Assembly: GCA_951406725.2 (NCBI GenBank)
Contig: OX597815.1
Location: 196,788,001-196,852,000, forward strand
Source: Octopus vulgaris
Lineage: Eukaryota
Length of the DNA: 64,000 bases
Direction of reading: 5' to 3'
Positions 56,972 through 64,000 of the stretch are shown here, piece by piece (the stretch's first letter is position 1; each line of letters starts with the position of its first letter). The translations under genes and the position numbers were made by a program. The notes below the pieces were generated by a model. It had not been told where the DNA came from. It saw only the letters and a list, made by a program, of their open reading frames with translations, and searched no databases.

Positions 56972-57133
56972 GCGGTTGTATGGTAGACATTTTGCTTCCC
57001 AACCACATGGTTCCATGTTCAGTCCCCACTGCATGACATCTTGGGAAATATATTCCGGTCGATCAAAGCATTATGAGTGAATTTGGTAGACGGTAACTGT
57101 AAGAAGCCCATACTATGTGTGTGTATATATACA

Positions 57134-57165
<32 letters not shown>

Positions 57166-57309
57166 CAATCATACATATATATATATATATACATATATAT
57201 ACAAACACATATATATATATATATATATATATATTCATACATACATATACAATCATACATATATATATACATATATATATATACATACACATATATATAC
57301 ATATAAGTT

Positions 57310-57394
<85 letters not shown>

Positions 57395-57580
57395 GTGTAT
57401 TTTGGTGTTGCGTTTGTCCTCCAACGCCGCTTCTCAACTGGTGTTGTGGTTTGTTTTCATCTCCATAACTGAGCGGTTCGGCAAAAGCAGCCGATATGAT
57501 TAGTACGAAGCTTAAGAAAACTAAAACACTTAAAGGTGTTGCCCCACCTTAGCTGCAGTCCAGTGACTGATATGAGTCAA
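56972..57580 (+). mobile_element. Old SINE family A with expanded internal microsatellite
   Basis: Decayed head, body and tail in the expected order. Confidence 0.65.
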
Positions 57581-57689
57581 AGATAAAATATATAGCAAGT
57601 TGCAATGAAATATGTACTATGACGATCATACGTACTATGACTATCAGTGCCCTTGTCGTAACGCCCCAAGCACATCGAGAAGACACCCT

Positions 57690-58335
57690 CCCATGACAGT
57701 GCGCCAAAGTAAAGGTGTCTGGCATAATCGTCATATCCTTTTCCATTTCATCAATGTCTTCAAAACGACTGCCCCTGAGGTTCTGCTTCAGCTTGGAAAA
57801 CAGCCAAATATTACAAGGAATAAAGTCTGGATTGTAAGGAGAGTGGAGGAAATAGTTGGTTAACAGAAATGAATTGTGAACAGGTGTATTTTCCTGGTGC
57901 AGGTGTTCGTTTCTTTAGCGCTGAAATCTCTTCCTGAACTCTCTCAAAACCTCCACAAGGTAATCATTGTTGATCATCAGCCCAGAGGGAACCCAGTGCA
58001 TGTTAAGGATACCCTTTCTCTCAGAAAAAGAGATCATTATGAGCTTTTTGGTGAACCCTTTTTTGCCTGGCTTCTTGTCCTGGTGAAAAAAAGAGAAGAT
58101 GCTCGGTTCATACATATTAACCTATTAGCAGTCTTATACATTTTACATGTTTTTGTGGCCTTTTCGCCCAGTGTGACACAAAACCTTATTGCATACCGAA
58201 CTTCCAACTTGTCTTCACGTCCCGACAGCACTTTGCAAACTGATCAGCCGTGGCAAACAGTGTTTCCTAGGGATTGTTCAAAGTGTTTTTGCAGCTGTCT
58301 CCTTCAGTCTGGAATATCAAAAGTTGGCAGGCCAG
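57690..58335 (-). mobile_element. Decayed mariner transposase remnant
   Basis: EVRYAIRFCVTLGEKAT; GIL..HWVP.G..IN.DY..EVL..FRKRF; HQENTPVH; HSPYNPDFIPCNIWLFSKLK..LRG.RFEDIDEM. Confidence 0.85.
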
Positions 58336-58347
58336 CGTAGATGTATG

Positions 58348-58523
58348 CTGTTTGTTCCTTCTCGAGCAATGCCTGGCTCATAAAGGTCAGTTTCCCGGTT
58401 TCATTGGCGTACAGTACCCCACCTGGACGGGACGCCAGTCTGTCGCAGGCGAGCTGTAAGATGCAGGAGGAAAGAGTGAGAGGAAGCTATGGTGAAAGAA
58501 TCAGCAGAAGTTCGCCATTACCT

Positions 58524-58572
<49 letters not shown>

Positions 58573-58743
58573 GCGCGTGTGTGCATACATAAGCTCTTTA
58601 TATGTTCATATATACTTCTGTCGGAACTGCGTGGAGCTTAATTGTTTCGCTCATAAACACATACAACGCCCGGTCTGAGATTCGAACCCGCGATCCCACG
58701 GCCGCGAGGTCGCTACTCTACCCACTTGGCTATGTGCCTCCAC
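58348..58743 (-). mobile_element. SINE family D with 11-bp TSD, split by an insertion
   Basis: CGTAGATGTAT at 58336-58346 and 58747-58757; insert at 58525-58617. Confidence 0.88.
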
Positions 58744-59256
58744 AACCGTAGATGTATAGTAATGAAATACTAAAATTACAATAATATCGAACAGATATTG
58801 ATGCCTTGCCTAAAGGAGTCTCAAAACTTTTAGAATGCACCTCGAAATCTGTACAACACGATCGCCATACTTCGTTCCGTTTGAGTGAAACCAGCCATCT
58901 TCTATATTATCCTACTTCATAGCCTCATACCGATTGATTAGTGGTTTATCACTATCTCTGTTCGATACCAAGCACTGATTAAGAATCGGCGTAACACAAG
59001 GGATAAAATCGTGCCTCTTGTAGCTTTCCTGATACTTTGTATCACATTTGCATTATTTAATCTAAGATTTATCTGCTAATTTCTTGGTGTATAAAATTTT
59101 TGTCTTACTTCGTACGAGTATTCGATTTTGTTAATAAACATTTTGCAGCATTATTATGTTCACTATCGAGAATAATTGTGGATAATAACGGAATTGATTA
59201 AAAGAAATTGGGTTGATATATCAGTGTGCGATGATGATTATGATGATGGTAATATA

Positions 59257-59320
<64 letters not shown>

Positions 59321-59861
59321 TGTATGTATGTATGCATGTATGTAGATATTTGATGTGAATATATATAATATATACACACGCAATTAATATCAACATTAGC
59401 TCATTTCGTTTATATATACATGTATGTGCCTCTATGTTTGTGCGTGCGTGTATGTATATATGTATATGCAAGTGTGTGTGTATATATATATATATATTCA
59501 TAGATAGATAGATAGATAGATAGGATAGATAGATAGATAGATAAATATGTAAGTAAATACTTATATATATGTGTGTGTTTATGTATAAATATGTATGTAT
59601 GTATGTATGTATGTATGTGTATATATATATATACATGTATATATATATACACACATACATACATGTATACATACATATACATACATACATATGTGTGTGT
59701 GTATATATGTATGTATATATATATATATATATATATATACATACATATATACACACATACATATATGTATACATACATATACATACATATATATGTATGA
59801 ATGTATGTATGTATGTATGTATGTATATATATGTATACATATACGTATGTGTGTATATATG

Positions 59862-59896
<35 letters not shown>

Positions 59897-60332
59897 GCGT
59901 GTGTGCATACATAAGCTCTTTATATATTCATATATACTTATATATCACACGGTAGCAATTCTTCGGTAACCATTCGACGTAGAGTGTAGAGCTTACGATA
60001 TTTAAAGGCACACCAATTTAATTTGCTCTCTGTAACTGTGAAACACTTACTAAGCAAAATTAATTTTCGGTTGTCTAATAAACTATGCTGCAGAATTTAT
60101 TATAAATATAATGCGCTATAAAATCTGACCAATGGTAGAGTAAATATTGGGAAAAGTTTATGCTGTAATGAAGGTCTGCAAGAAAATAATTAACTGATAA
60201 TTAAAGAGACAGGACTATAAAAGCGTACAGTTAATTCATCAGAATTTATTATATGACTGGGAAGCCTGGGCTCTATGGATACGTACGTGTGTATACACAT
60301 ATATGCTAGTTATATGTGTGTGTGTGTGTGTA

Positions 60333-60404
<72 letters not shown>

Positions 60405-60428
60405 AACGTGCGTACAGAGTAGGATAAC

Positions 60429-61677
60429 TTTCTTTCTTTATTGGCCAAACAGGGCTGAACAGAGAGGGGACAAATACAAATGTAGAGCTTTTTTTTTCGA
60501 AAATGAAAAAGAAAAAGGGGAAAAAAAGGGGAACAAATTTAAAATTTCGATCAAATGGGATCGGGGGGAAAAAAAGCGTTCAAAAGAAATCGTTTATCAC
60601 AGAATAAATTTTTAAAAAGTAAGAAACAAGATTATGTTTATCCGCGGAAAGAAAAGCCTACGGAAAAGACCACGGTAACCTCAGGCAGGGAGGAAATAAA
60701 CACATGACAGCAAAGTGCTCTCTCTCACACTCTCCCCCCTCTCTCTCTCCCTCTCTTTTATGATTTACAGGATCAAGCTCAAAGTAGTTTCGTCGCTCGC
60801 ACGCACCATCTTTCCTACATTCACAAACTTTTTTTTGAAACTTTCGCGAGCCAAAACCTGCCTCTCCATTCTCACCTTCCTTTTCAAGTGGTACTTGAAA
60901 AAGTTGATGAGCGATTGGCCAGAGAGGTAAGTGTTTGTCTCTAATCCTTTCGCTCGAGTCCACCACACACATTCTTTCACCATGGCCACCAGTATGATGA
61001 AGACTGCCTTGCCTTCCCGGTTGAGGGAAGGTGGAGTAGCGACTTTTAAATCAGAGTTGGCCGACAGGCGGACTCGTCCCACTCGTGACAGCAGTCGTTC
61101 GCATAAGCCCACAGGTCCGAAATGGTTGGACACTGTACGAGTACGTGCAGAACAGTTTCGCCGCTTTGACCGCATCTCGGGCAAGTCGGTCCAGTGTGTC
61201 TCGAACCGTGCCTGTAGAGTTTATCCCGAAGAGGTAATGCTTCTCGATAGCACTGCCAGGCCAGGGATCTTTAGTGATTGTTCATAGGTCCCGGCCCGAA
61301 AGTTGTCCTGAACTGTCGGGTCAGGTGTTCCTCGTCGACGCCCAGATTCTGCCCGAGAACATCGTCGCATCTCCCCTCCACTAATCCTCTATAGAACACC
61401 TTTGTTGTAATGAAGTCGCACAAGTTTGGTCCCGGAAGGCAGAATTACTTGAGAGCAACGCGACACTCGCGGTGCCATTCACCTAGCCTCGGTCTCTGTT
61501 TGATCCACGACCGTAGTTCGACCAACGAGACGAGCTGCGAGAAAGCGCGCCGCCCAAAAGGCGACCACATCTGTTCACCATCGAATATGAAGCTTCGGGG
61601 ATGTCGCGGTCTCGGCGTATGTCTGTGCATCATCAACCACAGCATGTCTCGCCCTCCATTTAGCGGGTGGACAAGCA
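60429..61677 (-). mobile_element. 5'-truncated, frameshifted L1/Tx1-clade LINE
   Basis: ORF pieces 61645-61445 and 61184-60765 align to the C-terminus of the 62162-64000 ORF; shared 3' UTR blocks. Confidence 0.9.
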
Positions 61678-61787
61678 GATTGATAGACAGACAGGCAGTT
61701 TGACAGACAGACAGACAGACAAACAGACGGACAGACAGACAGACAGACAGGCAGGCAGGCAGACAGACAGACAGACAGACAGATGTG

Positions 61788-64000
61788 TTTCTTTATTAGC
61801 CACACAGGGCTGCACACAGATAGAACAAATTACAAGGTAGAGCTTTTCTTTTGAAGGTTTAAAAAAAAAAAAAAAAAAAAGAAAGGGGGTAGTTTCGATC
61901 AAAAGGGATCGTAAAAGGAGAGAAGGAGGACAAAAAAGGGGGGTTAAAAAAAGGGGGGAGAGGAAAAAAATGATCAATAGGGATCGTTATCACAGAAATG
62001 TCAATATGAAGTGTAAAGGGGAGGACAGATGAGGTTTACCCGTGGAAAGAAAAGCCTACGGAAAAGACCACGGTAACCTCGGTCAATGAAGTCACATTTT
62101 ATATTTCTTTTTTTTTTTTTTTTTTTGCAAATAAGCAACTCTCTGTTTTCAATTTCTGGGTTCATAGGATTATGCTCAAGGTGGCTTCGTCATTCATACG
62201 TGCCATTCTTGCTACATTCACCCATCTTTTTTTAAAACATTCGCTAGACAAAACTTGCCTCTCTACTCTCACTTTCCTTTTCAAGTGGTACTTGAAGAAG
62301 TTGATGAGAGATTGACCAGAGAGGAAAGTGTTTGTCTCCAATCCTTTCAGACGCGTCCACCAGATACATTCCTTCGCCATAGCCACAAGGATGATGAAAA
62401 TGGCTCTTCCTTCCCGTTTGAAGGAAGGAGGCGTGACAATATTGACGATAGACTCAGCTGATAAACCGACTCGTCCCACACGTGACAGCAGTTGTTCGAC
62501 ATAAGCCCACAGGTCGGAAATTGTTGGACACTGAACGAGTGCGTGCAGAACGGTTTCGTCGCTCTGACCGCATCTCGGGCAGGTCGGCCCCGTGTTTCTC
62601 GAGCCGTGTCTGTAGAGCTTATCCCGAACGGGTAGCGCTTCTCGGTAGCACTGCCAGGCCAGGGATCTCTGGAAGTTGTCCATGGGCCCTGGCCCGAAAG
62701 TCGTCCTGAACAGGCGGGTCAGGTACTCCTCGTTGACGTCCAGGTTCGCCCCGAGCTCGTCGTCGTACCTCCCCACTAAACCCCTATAGAATGCTTTGGT
62801 TGTGTTGAAGTCACTTAAGGTCGACCCAGGACGGCAGAGTTGCTTGAGAGCAACGCGACACTCGCGGTGCCATTCGCCCTTCATCGGCCTCTTTTTGATC
62901 CACGACTGCAGTTCGGTCATGGAGACGAGCTGCGGGAAAGCGTGCCTCACAAACGGCGACCACACCTGTTCACCGTCGTCTACATAGAGCCAGAGATGTC
63001 GCAGTCTCAGCGCGTGTCTGCGCATCATCAACCACGGCATGCCCAGCCCTCCTTTTAACGGGTGTTGACAGCAAATGGATCGCCTGACCATCGGGACGCA
63101 TCCTTTCCACAAGAAGCGAAAGAGAATGCGTTGTAGTTTGGTGATGGTAGGGTCGGGACAAGGTACGATGGTCAGGCGGTAGTAGATGACGGACGCGATG
63201 TACGTGTTCGCCACCTCCGCTCGACCTTTTAGGGACAGTTTCCTCTCGGCCCATTGCCGGGCGAGAGTGACCACCCTACTCGTTATCTCGTTCCAGTTCT
63301 TCTCCACTTGGAGGTCCGGACCAAACCAGACCCCGAGCAACTCAACCGGGCCGTCGGTCCAACGTCCCACGACGGAGGCGCTGGTGGACGGCATGGGCTT
63401 GCTTCTCCAGGTGCCTAGTCGCAAGCCCACTGACTTTTCCCGGTTGATTTTCGCTCCTGTCACCGCTTCGTAGTTTTTCAGTGTCTCGCCGACCAGCTCG
63501 ATGTGCTCGTGGCTTGACACTATGACGGTGACGTCGTTCGCGTATGCAGACACGCTCGTCCAGCATCCCAATTCTCGCGGGATGCCCCTTAGAGTCGCCA
63601 GCTTCCGTAGTAGTGGCTCAAGAGTCAATACGTATAGAAGCGCCGAGAGGGGGCATCCCTGACGGACCGAACGTGCAATGTTGAAAGGTCTCGATAGATG
63701 TCCATTTACGCGAATTACCGAACGGATGCCTCTGTACAAGGCAGCTATCCAGCCGCGGAAGACGGGACCGAAACCAGCCGCTCTCAGGACTGCCTCCAAG
63801 TATCGATGGTCTACCCTATCAAAGGCTTTCGATTGATCCAAGTTGATCAGGGCCCCACCCATGCCAGGTTCGTTAACTACCCTGTCTATGATGTAGCGCA
63901 TCAGATGGAGGTTGTCATGGATGCTCCGGCCCGGCACGGCGCACGTTTGTGCATTGTCGACCAGTTTCTCGATGACAAGCGCCAACCTCTTGGCTAACAC
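61788..64000 (-). mobile_element. L1/Tx1-clade LINE, 3' part (runs off the window)
   Basis: GC-rich ORF2 plus a 3' UTR ending AATAAAGAAA at (GACA)n. Confidence 0.92.
62162..64000 (-). CDS. L1/Tx1-clade ORF2 partial: reverse transcriptase and C-terminal zinc knuckle; catalytic motif reads YAND
   Basis: LDQSKAFDRVDH, VRQGCPLSALLY, SAYANDVT, GGLGMP, CPRC....ETVLHAL..CP; open for 612 codons to the window edge. Confidence 0.9.
   Translation of the reverse strand: MLAKRLALVIEKLVDNAQTCAVPGRSIHDNLHLMRYIIDRVVNEPGMGGALINLDQSKAFDRVDHRYLEAVLRAAGFGPVFRGWIAALYRGIRSVIRVNGHLSRPFNIARSVRQGCPLSALLYVLTLEPLLRKLATLRGIPRELGCWTSVSAYANDVTVIVSSHEHIELVGETLKNYEAVTGAKINREKSVGLRLGTWRSKPMPSTSASVVGRWTDGPVELLGVWFGPDLQVEKNWNEITSRVVTLARQWAERKLSLKGRAEVANTYIASVIYYRLTIVPCPDPTITKLQRILFRFLWKGCVPMVRRSICCQHPLKGGLGMPWLMMRRHALRLRHLWLYVDDGEQVWSPFVRHAFPQLVSMTELQSWIKKRPMKGEWHRECRVALKQLCRPGSTLSDFNTTKAFYRGLVGRYDDELGANLDVNEEYLTRLFRTTFGPGPMDNFQRSLAWQCYREALPVRDKLYRHGSRNTGPTCPRCGQSDETVLHALVQCPTISDLWAYVEQLLSRVGRVGLSAESIVNIVTPPSFKREGRAIFIILVAMAKECIWWTRLKGLETNTFLSGQSLINFFKYHLKRKVRVERQVLSSECFKKRWVNVARMARMNDEATLSIIL

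Overview
AT-rich eukaryotic non-coding DNA made almost entirely of microsatellites and transposon-derived sequence. No host protein-coding exon could be supported, and nearly all ORFs in the track are microsatellite artefacts. The repeat repertoire suggests a coleoid cephalopod, probably Octopus (inference). It contains about 40 copies or fragments of six tRNA-headed SINE families (my labels A-F), two tandem L1/Tx1-clade LINE copies, RTE, CR1 and R4/Dong LINE fragments, four Tc1/mariner relics, a MITE, a solo LTR and Helitron-like elements. The most notable signal is a set of six distinct short repeat types carrying Penelope-style minimal type-I hammerhead ribozyme folds. Their catalytic cores include all three compensatory 3-8 pairs (C3-G8, U3-A8, G3-C8). 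One type is a fold-back element joining a tRNA-like Pol III head to a hammerhead tail. One SINE family shares its 3' end with the Tx1-like LINE and appears to move as dimers. Coordinates were counted by hand and may be off by a few bases.
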